In this document: positions 46,373-60,752 of the stretch, piece after piece | Layout of the letters: each line of letters begins with the position of its first letter | Numbering within the stretch: position 1 is the first letter of the stretch | Origin: Malacoraja senta | Taxonomy: Eukaryota | Length of the DNA stretch: 64,000 nt | Reading direction: 5' to 3' | NCBI GenBank assembly: GCA_038087875.1 | Contig: CM075979.1 | Span: 86,614,001 to 86,678,000 of the forward strand | Translations under genes and position numbers: made by a program | Notes under the pieces: model-generated | What the model was told of the DNA's origin: nothing | What the model saw: the letters and a program-made list of their open reading frames with translations, nothing else | The model's database searches: none

Positions 46373-46690
46373 GCTGTGTTCCCAGAGCCCTACGTTAGGC
46401 CTGCTGTTTTTCACCATATTTACAACTGAAGGAATAGAAAGCTACATGTTCAAGTTTACCAATGACACAATGATAATCGGCATTGTAAACAGTGTTGCAT
46501 GCACTGTGGAGGGAAGGATCAAATTACAAAGAGATGTTGATTGATTAAGAGAATTGATTTTGATGCGGGCATCAGTGATATCCACTTGATCCTAAAAAGT
46601 GCAGAGCAAGTGTAATTTAACCACAATATCATTGAATGATGGGACAGGCATGAGAGTAATGAATTGCCTATTTTTGTAATTATGTTCCTG
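46373..46690 (+). mobile_element. Old CR1 RT fragment
   Basis: gttcccagagccctacgttaggcc..caagtttaccaatgacaca (VPxG..KF.DDT-like). Confidence 0.55.
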
Positions 46691-49600
46691 TCCATTGCAT
46701 GTTGATTAGGAAATGTATCAATGGAGTTGTGAATCTTGTGCTTTTATACCTTTTTTTTTTTTTAATCTGCAAGGTGGCATTAAGGATAAGAATAGATTTC
46801 AGTATTATGTAGAATTACTCCCCAATATGTTAACAATCTTCTGTCATATGTTTGATTCTAGTTATGAAAAAGGAACATCAATGTACTATAGTTTAAATTT
46901 TCATGATAACTAGTGTACGTGACAAATTTAATTCAGCCTTTTGATTTCCTAAGACGTTAAAATTCATGATAGTCACTTTTATGAGGTTTTCCTCCTCTCC
47001 TTTTGTATCTTAACAGCAAAAACTATAATTTTCACAAAAGTTACAGTGAAATATCAGCAAAACCCCTTGAAGAAAATCCACCCTACTAAGTTTCTGGGAG
47101 CGCTAATTTCCCAAAGAGAAATAAACTCCAAAGCCATTGAAACAAAAGCTGTATATGGCTAATGTATTCCTTCAAGGAAAATGGAATGAGAGGACACATT
47201 GTTTAATTTGAGCTGTCTGAGGCCTAACAACCTCAATCCTCAAAGTACTTCTGTTCTTGCGAAGAAGCCTATTTTTGTAGATTGTGAACTGATCCTATAC
47301 TTCTACAAGAAGATACCAATTTTGATTCTGGAATATTCAGCTCATTAGAGTAATAATGGATTTTATGTGCTATTGAAGTTCCCTTTTCTAAATAGGTTAT
47401 GCAGTCAGAGACACAAGCTTATATCCACTGTACATTCAAATGAATTGTGATTTTCTGTTGACTTTGGTAGGACTTTCGGTCTCTCAAATCTCTCATGTTA
47501 ACTTGTCTTAGTGTACTCTAAGTAAACAGAATTCTAATCTGACACTTATGTCAAAGATCAATTCCAAGCATTGTTCTTCTAGAATATGCTTTGCTAGATC
47601 TTATTTACTACCATTTTGAAATGCTCTAGTCATCAAGCCTTAGTCATCTGTTGTCAATCACAAATCTTTCCAGATATTCGCTTCCTCCATCGTCTTTTTG
47701 TCTGGTAAGTTGACTGAGTCGGAAAGCACAAAAAATACTGATGGTCCATTGGATTGAATTTTGTAATCAAGCACTTTGAATAATGTGTCCCATCTGGGAC
47801 CATTTTCACTTCGGAAACCCTGCCACAATGAAGTAATCAAACCAGCAGGAAGGCAAAATCTTGCTGTCCATATGGAGAAAAATTATATTGTTACAAGCTG
47901 AACCTCTCCAGTGCACAGCAGCCTACGGGTTAGAGCAATTGGCAGGCAGATTGGTTTCTAAGTTTAAGAAATCAGTAGACTTGTTCTTTTTTTCAAGAAG
48001 CAAACAATACATTGCTTTTGTACTGTCATGAAACCAAGAACAAGCTGCCGTCTGCAACTTTCCATCACAATGAACTCAACCTAATGCTTTCCTTATGAGG
48101 AATTACAGTTGATTAAATCAGAATTCTGTGCTTCCGTGCTAACTGAGGCATTTAATTTTCATTGCTGGAGAACCATATAATTTTTTTTAAAGTCGATTGA
48201 CTTCGTAATGGACTGATAAAGGAGTTAACCAAAACGTACATTTAAATGATAAATTTGTTATGCAGTATTATGCTTGTTGCACTGAAATCGTTAGGAAAAG
48301 AGTTTGAGTACTTGAGTATGTTGCGTGAAGCCTTTTTCTAATGAAAAATCAATTGTATCGTTTGAATTAATTTACCAAAACGAAATTAATTTGACTACCC
48401 TTTCATGAAGATAAACTAATGATCTTTCCTTGGCAGCTATCAGTGCTGATATGCTAATTTGCTTTTGGATAGTCCTATTTGTTGTGGGATGTATGTATAT
48501 ATATTTTTACTTGCAGTGTGAAGTTTAAGACCATGGTGATATCATCAATTCAGTTGACTATAATCATACCTTGAATTGTCACTTGCCACAACCCGCCTTC
48601 TGGGCAGTTGTAAAAATGCTGAGAAATGGAAAATCAGTATTTTAGGTGTATAAATTAATTTAATTTCAAATATGTAATTCCATGAAAACTAGTAAAAGAT
48701 TTGATAAATGTAAATCTTAATTATTGGTAATAACAATGCTATCTGTTCTATCGGTTTGGCAGTTATCACTGTGTCTACAATGGGTTGATTTTGAAGACGT
48801 TTTAATGGTACTTTCATGTTTGGTTTAAATAAAAGTGCATCATTTTCACTGCACCCAGATGTAACACGTACCATCCATTGGATACATGAATTAGGTATTA
48901 CAAATTTGGAGCTAAAATAATAAACTCATTTTTGGCAATGTCTTTGGAAGTGAATGAGTTAAGAACCTCATATTCAGTGACCATCAAGAGCATTTTAGGA
49001 CTAACCAACATACACTGTAAATACAAATCTAAATCCATTGAAATCTATGGACATAAATTATTATTTTGTAGAACAGACCAGACTATGTGTCCATATTAGT
49101 GAAATAATCATATAAAAATCAATTTGCCGTAAAAATCATCTCAAGTTTCTAACTTGCTCCATCTGTATTAACAAAAGATTGTCAGAATATTAATGATGTA
49201 ATTTCATTTGTCCCATAATCAAAATTTTGTGATCAAATTTCCCAAGGGCTGAAGAAACATCCAGGCCTGGATTATTTGAGTGGAATTCACAAATATGCAA
49301 ACATCACCTAAACTTCTAGCATCATGTGTTCGGTGGCCATCTTTGGCTACATTGTACCCACAGAACCCAGCAGCAGAGTATAAAGTTGTGATGATTTTCC
49401 AGCATGTATAGTGGCCAATCTGCTAGGCTAGACCGAATCCATTTTAGGTTAGACTTGGTACGAGCATAGCTGTGGAAGACAAAGATAAATTAAGACAAAG
49501 GTAAATTAAGAGATTAAATTAAATGTTTTATAATTGTTTGTAAGTGATTTGGATTCCATTGACATTAAAAAAAACTGTTAATTATCTTAACTGGATTTGC

Positions 49601-49744
49601 AATGATAGGGAAGCCTAAGTTATTTCCTGCAACTTTAATCAAGGAATGGAAATATTCCATTTTCTGTTTTGATCAGATCAGACATCTAATCAAGTGAGAA
49701 AGCTTGCCATATTATATCTTCTTGTTCTGGATTCTTTTAGAAAG

Positions 49745-50015
49745 AAGGTCTTCAACCCAACTTGTCCATGCCAACCAATATGCCACATTTACATGTCCCA
49801 CTTGCCCGTGTTTGGCCCATATCCCTCTAAACTTTTCCGATACATATACCTGTCCAAATGTCTTTTAAATGTTGTTATAGTACCTGCCCCAACTATCTCC
49901 TCTTGACAGCTCGTTCCATATACCAACCACTCTCTGTGTGAAACAGTTGCCCCTCAGGTTCGTATTAAATCTTTCTTCTGACCTTAAACCTCTGGCCTCT
50001 GGTTCTTAATTCCCC
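49745..50015 (-). mobile_element. CR1 3' fragment
   Basis: cctgtccaaatgtcttttaaatgttg..tgcccctcaggttcgtattaaatc. Confidence 0.8.
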
Positions 50016-50017
50016 TT

Positions 50018-50265
50018 CACAAGAAACCTCAGATGCTGGAATCGTCAGCAATACCCAATGTGCTGGAGGAACTCAGTGGGTCAGCCAGCATCTGTAGAAG
50101 GAATGGACCGATGACATTTCAATTCATTTCCCACAATCTGAAGAAAGGTCCCAACCTGAAAGGTCACCTGCCCATTCCCTCCACAGATACTGCCTAACCC
50201 ACTCAGTTACAACAGCACTTTAGGTTTTGCTCAAGATTTCAGCATCTGAGATTTCTTATGTATCC
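50018..50265. mobile_element. Older PLE-derived fold-back element
   Basis: Inverted arms around acaatctgaagaaaggtcccaacctgaaaggtc. Confidence 0.7.
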
Positions 50266-53009
50266 ATTACTTCTTTCTCTCCGACCTATATAAATTATCC
50301 TAACTAAGAAATCCTCAATTCTTTTATTATCCTGGTGAATTGATACACAATATTCTGTGAGGCCAATATGTAGTTTCTCAGATGAAAGTACAAAATCAAA
50401 ATTAATTGCTCATTAAGTCTGATTGAGCCTCTGTAAAAATATGGCAGCACATTCTTCCTTTGAACAGGGTGACCTGAAGCTGATTATCATTAACATTAAT
50501 AATCATTTATACACTTGCAAAGTAGCATTTAAAGACAATGACCCAGACTACCTAAACCACTTGAGTTCTCTCTTCCAAAGGATTCCTCAATTAGATCAAA
50601 TATCCAATTACAGTTCTTGCATGCAAAGCAGTATCTCCCCTTAATTCATCGTTAGGCTTTCATAATATTCTGCCATTTTTTTCTGCAATGTGCCTTCTAC
50701 AAAATTAATTAGCTTCCACTCTGTTTACAAATGCAGATCATGTAAGTAATGAATGAAAAAGAGTTCAGAGGACACCGGTTACTGTGTAACGAATCTAAAA
50801 ATAATCCCTTCATCATAGTTACTGTTGATTTCCTTTTTAGCCAACGTCCAAACTATGTGGTAATTCCAAGCATTTAAATTGGGACATACTTATGGAGGAC
50901 AGGAGGCAAATACCCAAAGGTTCCGCCTTGTTAAAGTTGAATCTTTTTAACTCCTGGACTTCATTGCATATTCCTAAAAATGTAATTTCAAGTGGGTGAG
51001 AATAATGGAAGACACCAGTTCATTTTACCGGTTCTGGGATGATTATAGCGGAGAAGGCAGAAGGAAATAGTGAGGAGGAGAAGAGGCCTAAGGAGCACTC
51101 CCAGATGATAAAGATCCGGAGAAAACACCAAAATAAACTCAATTGGGCCTCTTCTATGGTAATAGTGTTAACTGATAGCTTTCATTAGCTTAACACAGGC
51201 TCAGCATTGTATAGAATCCTGATGGCAAAAATTATGTTATGGCACCAAATATGACATCAGCCTGTGACTCTATGACTTCCCCATTATATGTAGGCTGCCA
51301 TAGCACTCTAGCTTCTTGGAAACCTTGCAATGAAATGGCATAGGGATCAGTTTTAGCAAACATCTTTCCATCCGCACAGTCCCATGTTATTTTAACTAAT
51401 CCTATTGAAATGGATCTGGCCCAGATGAATGGAAAGAAAAGTCAGTGAACAAGACAAACTCTGAGGAAACTTCAAATCTGAGTTTATGAATCACAAAATT
51501 AATATTATTTATGATGAAGAGGGTTTCTTTGGAGAACTGGAAAGCTGCTAACATGATGCCTGTTCAGGAAGGAAGAGGAGGATAAACTAGGAATCTCCAG
51601 ATCAATTTTTCTATTATCAGTCATGGGAATCTGTCATTCCAGTTATAATTAATAAGTATTTTAAAATGCTGACACCAGTACCGACTGGCTGAAGGCAAGT
51701 CATATTTGATAAATTTCTTGAAGAAAGTTCTGCAGGTTTCAAAGCTGTTTTCTGATTCAGCTTCGTCCCTCATGGACCTGCTTAGATTAGTCCTGAAACC
51801 AAATAATTGTACCTCAATGCTGTGAATTGGGGAAGGACAAGTCAGATGAAATAGTGTGCCACTTAAATGTGCAACTGCCTTATGTTGCAGTTTCTCGGAG
51901 ATCCCTTCCCAAAACTCATAAAAATGAAATATTTAGTGATTCTAAAACATTGTAATGAATTTTGGTGAATCTAAGCTAAACTGAAGTAAAAGCTGATAAT
52001 TGGACTGTGAGGGCACAGGGGTAGATTTTAGTCCACAGTCACATCTAAAATTCATATAAAAGGCCCAAATTGGTCAGTTACGTCTACAATATCATCGCTG
52101 CATTGGGCGGAGTCACACTACCAATACACCATTTAGCACTCAAACATCTTCTCCCATCCCACTGCACAAATGGTGGTCGGGAAGGACTGTCGCTGATTCC
52201 GTATCAAGATAGCAATTGGAAGGTTCATATTCTGGAAATATAAGAAAAGGGCCAAATAGACTGCCTTGGCTCTCCATTACATGTTAATTTGTCAGTGACT
52301 AAAATGTCCATTAGTTTAGATGGAGGGAACTGTTTAAAGGAAAAACACTTATAATGTTTTATAGGATGTAAACTGGCTGTTAGTCAGTATGTTCCAGTTC
52401 TGTAAAAATGTTAAGCAAACACTTGTATTCCCTTCTATATAGTTGCAGACACAAATAGATACAAACAGAGACTGCAAAGCTTTGATGACACACAAAGCGG
52501 ATTGGGAAGTAACGTAGTGAATCAGTATCATTTTCATTATTTATATTGCATTGTTTAAAGAGCGGTGTACTGTGTGGTGTTACAGTGTTTGGATCAAACA
52601 AATCGGTGAAATAGTCATTGATGCAGATCTTTCATTAGATAGCAGGAGGTTCCAATATCATCCATCTGGCTGGTGAGTCACCCTCTGTGCCCTGGACCTG
52701 TGATAAGCAGGAAGTTATACAGACATTAATCATATGAATACTGAGATCAGAGGCCACTTATATGTTTGTTTCCCCATTGCCAGACAATGACAGAGGCCTG
52801 TCATCATGTTCATGAAAGAGAACCTACCAAACATATTATGTTTTAAAGGGATGAGACTTTTGGATATGTGAAACATCAGTTTCCATTGTCCTAGCCAAAT
52901 ATACATCTTCTCCAAACTATTTAAAACACTGTAGTTACAGTCGCATTATCCACCATAGTTCCAGAATGTTTCATTGCAGCATGAGGTTCATATCCAAAAC
53001 ATCTAAACA

Positions 53010-54362
53010 TAACCTACAATTTGAAAGGGAGAAGGTGAAATCGGTATTACAGCTGAGGAAAGGGGACTACTGAGGCATGAGGGAGGAGCTGGCAAAGATT
53101 GACTGGAAAGGGGGCCTAAGTAGGAATGATGATAGAGCAGCAATGGCAGGAATTTCTGCGGATAATTCGGAAGGTGCAGGTTCATTTCATTCCAAAGAGG
53201 GAGAAAGATTCCAGGGAGCGAATAAGACGACCATGGCTGACAAGGGGAGGTCAAGGATAACATAAAAGCAAAAGTGAAGGCATATAACATTGTAAAGATT
53301 AATGGGAAGTCAGAGGATTGGGATGTTTTTAAAGAACAACAAAAGGTAACTAAAAGGACAATACGGAGAGAAAAGATGAAGTACAAATGTAAGCTAGCCA
53401 ATCATATAAAAGAGAATAGCAAGATTTTCTACAGATATATAAAGAGTAAAAAAAGAGGCACGAGTGGACGTTGGGCCGCTGGAGAATGATACAGGAGGTG
53501 ATAATTGGAAATCAAGAAATGGCAGAGGAATTTAATAACTTTTTTGCATCAGTCTTCACAGTGGAGGACACCAACAGTGTGCGTGCAATCCTAGAGAATC
53601 AGGGGGTGGAAGTTAATAGAGCGGCGATTACTAAGGAGAAGGTGCTAGGAAAACTGAAAGGTCTGAGGGTGGATAAGTCACCTGGACTAGATGGACTGCA
53701 CCCCAGGGGTCTGAAGGAGGTGGCCTCAGAGATTGTGGAGGCACAAGTTGTGATATTTCAAGAATCACAAGAGTTACGAGTGGTTCCTGAAGATTGGAAA
53801 ATTGTGAATATCACCCCGCTGTACAAGAAGGGAGCAAAGCAGAAGATCGGAAACTATATCTGAGGAAGGATGTGCTGGCTCTGGAGAGGGTCCAGAGGAG
53901 GTTTACAAGAATCATTCCAGGAAGGGTTAGCATATGATGAGCGTTTGACAGCACTGGGCTTCTACTCACCTGAGTTTAGAAGGTTGAGGGGGGACCTCAT
54001 TGAAACTTACAGAATAATGAAAGGCATAGATAGAGTGGATGTGGAATGGATGTTTCCACTGTGGGAGTCTGGGACCAGAAGTCATAGCTTCAGAATTAAA
54101 GGGCGCTCTTTTAGAAAGGAGGTGAGGAGGATCTTCTATAGTCAGAGGGTAGTTAATCTGTGGAACCCATTGTCACAGATGGCTGTGGAGGCCAAGTCAG
54201 TGATATTTTTAAAGCAGATTTAGACAAATTCTTAATTAGAACGGGAGTCAAGGGTTATGGGGGGAAGGCAGGAAAATGGGATTAGGAGGCAGAGATCAGC
54301 CATGATTGAATGGCGGAGTGAACTCGATGGGCCAAATGGCCGAATTCTACTCCTATAACTTG
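53010..54362 (+). mobile_element. CR1 LINE ORF2 remnant with internal deletion of the RT core
   Basis: ..FFASVFTVED..KSPGLDGLHPRGLKE..VPEDWKIVNITPLYKKG..GNY joined at ~53860 directly to LRKDVLALERVQRRFT..; 3' tail to 54362. Confidence 0.9.
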
Positions 54363-54485
54363 TGAATAGGGGTTTCCTGATCACAGCAATGCTGTGGGAT
54401 AGAGAAGGATCAGTGTGGGGCAACATGCATCACTTTTGGCAACTGAGACACCTCAGCCAAAAGATAGGCTTCTCAATAAGAAGAT

Positions 54486-54570
54486 AGACACAAAATGCTG
54501 GAGTAACTCAGCGGGTCAAGCAGCACCTCTGGAGCAAAGGAGTAGGTGAGATTTTGGGCCGAGACCCTTC
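54486..54570 (-). mobile_element. PLE-derived short element with near-perfect TSD
   Basis: tcaat(a/g)agaagat at 54473-54485 and 54571-54583. Confidence 0.8.
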
Positions 54571-55343
54571 TCAATGAGAAGATTAGTAATAGAAAAAATA
54601 GGACATTTAACAAACCCTATCACCTTCCAAGACACCAGTTCAACCAGTTCATGGCCAATCTTCAACCCTAACACTCTCTTTTCCTTCTACATCTCTATAC
54701 ATCTTAACTGTTCTATTATATATAAAAATCTTTTGATCTCAATTCTGAATGTAATCAATGACTCAATTTCCACAGCACCGGAGGTGAGAATTCCAAAAAT
54801 TAAGCACCCTCTAGGAATCTTCACTGCACTCCCTCAATAGCAAGTTTATCCTCTTTTTGAATAAAGAAACCCAAATTGTATGCAATACTTTGGGTGTGTT
54901 GTCACTGAGGTCTATAATTATACTAAGATACCCCTACTCTCGAGCCCAAATCGTTTTACATCACAGGCCACATATCATTTACAATGTGGAAAGCTGTGAG
55001 GTTACACACCCTAGCAGTAAAAAAACAGAAATGTTTTTGTTTTTTTAAAGGTGAGTTTGGGATGGACAATATTCTGTTTTTGTTGCTAGGGAGTGGATAA
55101 CATCACAATGTATTATTTGCTTTCTTAATTGCCTGCTGCATGTGCATTGTTGTGTATGAGGATACTCGGGTACCTTTGAATAGCAACATTTCCCACACTC
55201 ACCATTTACAAAAAAAATAGACAGCATTTCTGTTTTTGCTGCTGGAGTTCACTGCTGGAACTTTGGACCAAAGTCTAAAGCTGAGTAGTCCTTGCTAACT
55301 GACATTTAACTTTGGTTGGAAAACTATTGATGAGTTGGTGGAG

Positions 55344-55428
55344 AGAGACACAAAAAACTGGAGTAACTCATCGGATCAGACAGCCTCTCTGGAGAAAAGG
55401 AATAGGTGCCGTTTTGGGTCGAAACCTT
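55344..55428 (-). mobile_element. PLE-derived short element
   Basis: agacacaaaaaactggagtaactcatcggatcagacagcctctctggag..ttttgggtcgaaacc. Confidence 0.7.
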
Positions 55429-58169
55429 GATATCACTTTCAATGACACTTTGAATCATTTTGCTGATAGTTCATTGTCGACATTAGGCAACAATTAGCAA
55501 GAATGGATTTGCTGTGTTTTTGGAGCAGGATATTACTGGAACGGCTTGGCTAGAGGTGCAGTTTGTCCTGGGACACAGGTCTTCAGTACTGCAGCTGAGA
55601 TATTATCTAGTTTCATATCTTTTGATGAATCAAGCAGTCACGACCATTTCTCTATGTCATGTTGGGTGATTCAGGTTGGCTAAAAAAACGGTTTCAGAAG
55701 TCACTGGGATCTCGGGAGGAAGCTGAGTGGATCATCCATGGCACTTCTGACTGAAAGTGCAGCAAAAGCTTCAGTCTTGCCTTTCGACTTAATGTGCCGA
55801 ATCTCACCATTGTGAGGATGGGGACATGAATGGATCTTAAGCTGTTTAATTGTCCATTACCATTCACAATTAGATATGGCAAGCCAAAATAGTTTTGATC
55901 CAATCTACTGCACATTGGATTATGAAACTCGTCTCTTACACATCTTTCTTGTTGGCAGCTTTGCAAGGTTGCACATTAAGTTGTGGTCTTTGTTACCATT
56001 GCTGATTTGCCCCTCTGTGCTCTTTATTGAACCGTGGTTAGTTCAAGAGTTTGACTGTATTGGTAGAATTCCTGCTGCTGACCACATGAATGCCTGGTTT
56101 TGAACTGCCAGCTCTGTCTAAGCCTATCTCACATAACAGTAATTTTAGACAGTATGATGAAATGTGCCTTTTGTGCAAAGACTTTATCCTCCATAAGAAT
56201 TATCCTCCATAAGAATTGTCATCCTTCTCAATGCTGTTAGGGACAGATGTCCGTTCACTGGATAGATTGCCGTGGACAAGATCAAACAAATCATTCTTTA
56301 TTTTGATCTATGACAACCGGATCTAACTATGGCCTGTGGGACTTCACCAGCCTGGTCAACAGTAATGTTGCGAGGCCAGTCTTGATGATAGGCACTGAAA
56401 TCTGTCATCCAGAGTACATGCTACTCTCAGTACTTCTTTCAAAATCAATGGATCTGTGAAAAGGACCAGTTTCAAAGTGTCATACATGTTTGCTATAAAA
56501 TCTAGGGTGAGATATCCTCATATTTTTTTTCTATTCAGTTCTGTTCTGTTCTTTTTCTGTTCTGCAGAAAAGATCACAAAATAAAAGGGAGGCCAATGGT
56601 GAAAGAGTTAAATTTACATTTCTGTGGCAGTCGGTGTTTTTTTTAAATGATGCTCCTCGTTGTTCACTCCAGCTGCTTAATTTTAAATGTATCTGAGAAG
56701 TGAAAATCTGACGATGGATCTCCAACCTGAAACATGAACTCTGTGTCTCTTTCCACAGGTGGCCTTTGCTGCATTTTCTGCTTTTATACTGAACAAAATC
56801 AGTTTTGAGTATCTGAGGAATGTATTATTATTTACTGCCTTTCACAATAAAATGGGAAAAATAACATGCAGAAACTGAATAACGCAGTGTGACTTACCAA
56901 GTACTTGTCTGCCAGTGCAGTATGATTTGTCTGTTATTATTTTGCGTAGGCTTGTGGTCATTTTGCTTTTTGTAGTTCTACACGCTCAATCAACAGTTAC
57001 ACTTACCGAGAATCCCCAGTGCACTTCACATGAAATCAGCTGTGGCAGAGTGAGCTGCAGAAAAGAGATGATGGGCTGTCAAACTGCCAGAGTGCAGAAA
57101 GCTAACGAGCGTCTGGATTAGGATAAATGCATTCAGAGAATTACATTCGATACATGGGCCCTTGTGTTCATAGAGCAATCGTGACGTTACTTTCATAAAC
57201 CCATATGAGATAAGACTTCTGAGGAAATATTGTTGTCAAATGACCCACCATTTAAATATGACAGATTCAACACATTCTTTCATGTGTTATGGAATTGTTT
57301 AGACTCTGAAGGTCTGTTTACAAACCAAGAACAAAGTTTGTTGAATTTCGGAAACTGCTTGGATTAACATCATCGCTAGACTTCCAGCAAGAGAACTTGC
57401 CACTTCCTTCGCAATTTACTTTAATTGTCCCAGAATGATCAAATGCCACTACAGAAGGGCATTGATCAAATGCCAAGAACAAATCATTTTAGGGATGGAC
57501 AATGGCATAAACAGCTGACTTATTTAAAGATTAGGCATAAGGCGCTGCTGTGGTTACAGATGTTAATGTTGATAGTCCAATAATTCAAAGTGTGCCTATT
57601 GCATCTTAACTCTCACAGGATAACTGGGTTGTTTTCAGGTCGGACCATAATGCTTAACATTAACTCTGGATGTGGAATTAATTTTTCCCGTTTTAAGCAG
57701 TTTTCTTAGAATGTGTACATTTAAATTCTCATTGGCAACTTTCTAGATCAGTGCTCAATTGATATTCCTGGGATATTAGGTTACCCACAGTGGGTAAGTA
57801 AAGAGCGGGAGCAGTTAAAATGGAGGGGCTGCGTTTCCTACTCTATTTCATGTGGAATGAGCATTTCTGCCCGAGGAGTAGAAGGAAGGGGAGGATAATT
57901 GGCAAAATAAATTAAGTAGCTTTGATGCATTGATCTTGATCTTAATTCAAATATTATGTTTATAATAAAACCAATGCTAATGGCATACCTTTACCCAGCA
58001 GGTCAGCATGCCCTTCTGTCTATTCAAATAGAGTAAGCTGTAACAAAATGTGTTTTATTTGCCTATGTACCAAAAAAAGATGCAGGAACATCACTCATCT
58101 GATGTATCTTTGAGGAAAAGCAGAGTCCGTGATCATTGGCTCCCACTGATGAAATAGCTCAGATACTTA

Positions 58170-58995
58170 GAGTTGTACAGCACGGAAACAGGCCCTTCCG
58201 CACAACTTGCCTGTGCTGACCAAGATGCCCCATCTTTGCCCCATCGCTCTAAACCTCTTGTATCTATGGACCTGTCCAAATGTTTTTTAAATGTTGTTAC
58301 AGTACCTGCCTCAGATACCTCTTCTAGCAGCTTGTTCCATACACCCACCACCCTCTGTGTGAAAAAGTTGCGCTCCATTTCCTATCAAATCTTTCCCCTC
58401 TCACTTTAAACATATGTCCTCTGGTTCTTGATTTGCCTACTCTGGATTTTTTTTTAAACTCTGCATTCACTCAATCTATTCCCCTCATGATCTTGTACAC
58501 CTGAGTAAGCCTCAGCCTTCTGCGCTCAAGAATGAACTCCCAGCCTGCCCAAACTCTCCCTGTCGCAGCCCTCAAGTCCTGGCAACACCCTTGTACATCT
58601 CTGCACACTTTCAAGCTTACTGGCTTCCTTCCTATAGCAACGTGACCAAAACTCAACACAATACCCCAATTGTGGCCTTACCAACGTGTTACACAACAGC
58701 AACATAACATCCCAGCTTCTAAACTCAATATCCTGACTGATGAAGCCCAATATACTGAAAACCACCTTGACCACACTATCTAACTGTGAAGCCACTTTCA
58801 AGGAACTAAGCACCTGCATTTCTAGACCCCTTTACTCTATAACACACCCCAGAGCCCTTCTGTCCATTGTGAATGTCCTGCCTTAGTTTGACCTCTAAAA
58901 TGCAACATTTCTCACATATGTCAGTTATCTGCATTAAACTCTGTTAGCCATTCCTCAGCCCACCTGCCCAGCTGATCAACATCCTGCTGTAATTT
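58170..58995 (-). mobile_element. CR1 3' fragment
   Basis: ORFs give LKVASQLDSVVK..LVRPQLGYCVEFWS..RRRLR..VYKIMRGID..FFTQRVVGVWNKL..FKKHLD. Confidence 0.9.
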
Positions 58996-60752
58996 TTAAA
59001 GAAATGGCAAAAAAATATGAGATTTAATACGGGATAGGATATAAAAATAAATAGGAGGCTTGGCCAAAATATGCTTCTTTGCCAGACATCACTGATCGAA
59101 CCTTCAGATTGAAAGCAAATGAAAGTTGAAACCCTAGAGACATTAAAAAAGGAAGTTGGAGGAATTAGGAACCATGTAAAACCACATACCCTGAATAAGA
59201 CTAGATTCTGTTTACAATTTCATAATTTTTATTGGTTTATCATTTTTAAATTAAGTGAAAAAATAGAATATGTGCTTCTACCTGTCAATTTAATCTGCAA
59301 TCTTGCTTGAAGTAATGTTCTGTGAAATGAAGATTAAATGAAGGATGTCAGAAGCAGTGCCCTAGATGTAAACGACAAGTTGTGTGGAGAGAGATCCCAC
59401 TTTTACATTACCACCGGCAGATGTCTCATGGCATCACTGAAGTCACTCAGATGATCCTCATTTTTTCGAAATGCAAGAATATTTTAGCATGTAAGGCACA
59501 AAGTTGAATTGTTTCCTTTTAGGCTGCTCAATCTAATTGCTATGTAAACAACCCCTCAGGCCACAGCACTTAATTAGTGTTAAATTGGAGGGAGATTGTG
59601 AGTTTGAGCTTGAGCTCAGCAGTACACAGCATTTTAAGGCTGCATTTGCATCGCAGTGGCTCTGCTCAAACTAGTAGTTGTGATGCAGTTTACTGTCAGT
59701 CCCGCTTCCGTTACTTAGCTGCTGCTGGACTGCAATGGCCGAGTCTGAGAGAAAATTATGTACATGCATGAATGCACACATACACAATGTTTTTTGTGAA
59801 TATTAGCAATGTTGATAGTGAGAAGACTGAGGTATATCCTGATGTATGCTATGCTCTCTGAACAGTTAGTTATGTACAGTGGCTTGCAAAAGTATTCATA
59901 CCCCTTGAACTTTTCCACATCTTGTCACGTTACAACCACAAACGTAAATGTATTTTATTGGGATTTTATGTGATAGACCAACACAAAATGGCGCATAATT
60001 GTGAAGTGGAAGGAAAATGATACATGGTTTTCAAATTTTTTTACAAATAAAAAACTGAAAAGTGTGGCGTGCAAAAGTATTCAGCCCCCTTTACTCTGAT
60101 ACCCCTAAATAAAATCCAGTGCAACCAATTGCCTTCAGAAGTCACCTAATTAGTAAATAGAGTCCACTTGTGTGTAATCTAATCTCAATATAAATACAGC
60201 TGTTCTGTGAAGGCCTCAGAGGTTTGTTAGAGAACATTAGTGAACAAACGGCATCATGAAGCCCAAGGAACACACCAGACAGGTGAGGGATAAAGTTGTG
60301 GAGAAGTTTAAAGCAGGGTTAGGTTATAAAAAAATATCCCAAGCTTTGAACATCTCATGGAGCACTGTTCATTCCATCATCCGAAAATGGAAAGAGTATG
60401 GCACAACTGCAAACCTACCAAGACATGGCCGTCCACCTAAACTGACAGGCCGGGCAAGGAGAGCATTGATCAGAGAAGCAGCCAAGAGGCCCATGGTAAC
60501 TCTGGAGGAGCTGCAGAGATCCACAGCTCAGGTGGGAGACTCTGTCCACAGGACAACTATTAGTCGTGCACTCCACAAATCGGGCCTTTATGGAAGAGTG
60601 GCAAGAAGAAAGCCATTGTTGAAAAAAAGCCATAAGAAGTCCCATTTGCAGTTTGCCACAAGCCATGTGGGGGACACAGCAAACATGTGGAGGAAGGTGC
60701 TCTGGTCAGATGAGACCAAAATTGAAGTTTTGGGCCTAAATGCAAAACGCTA

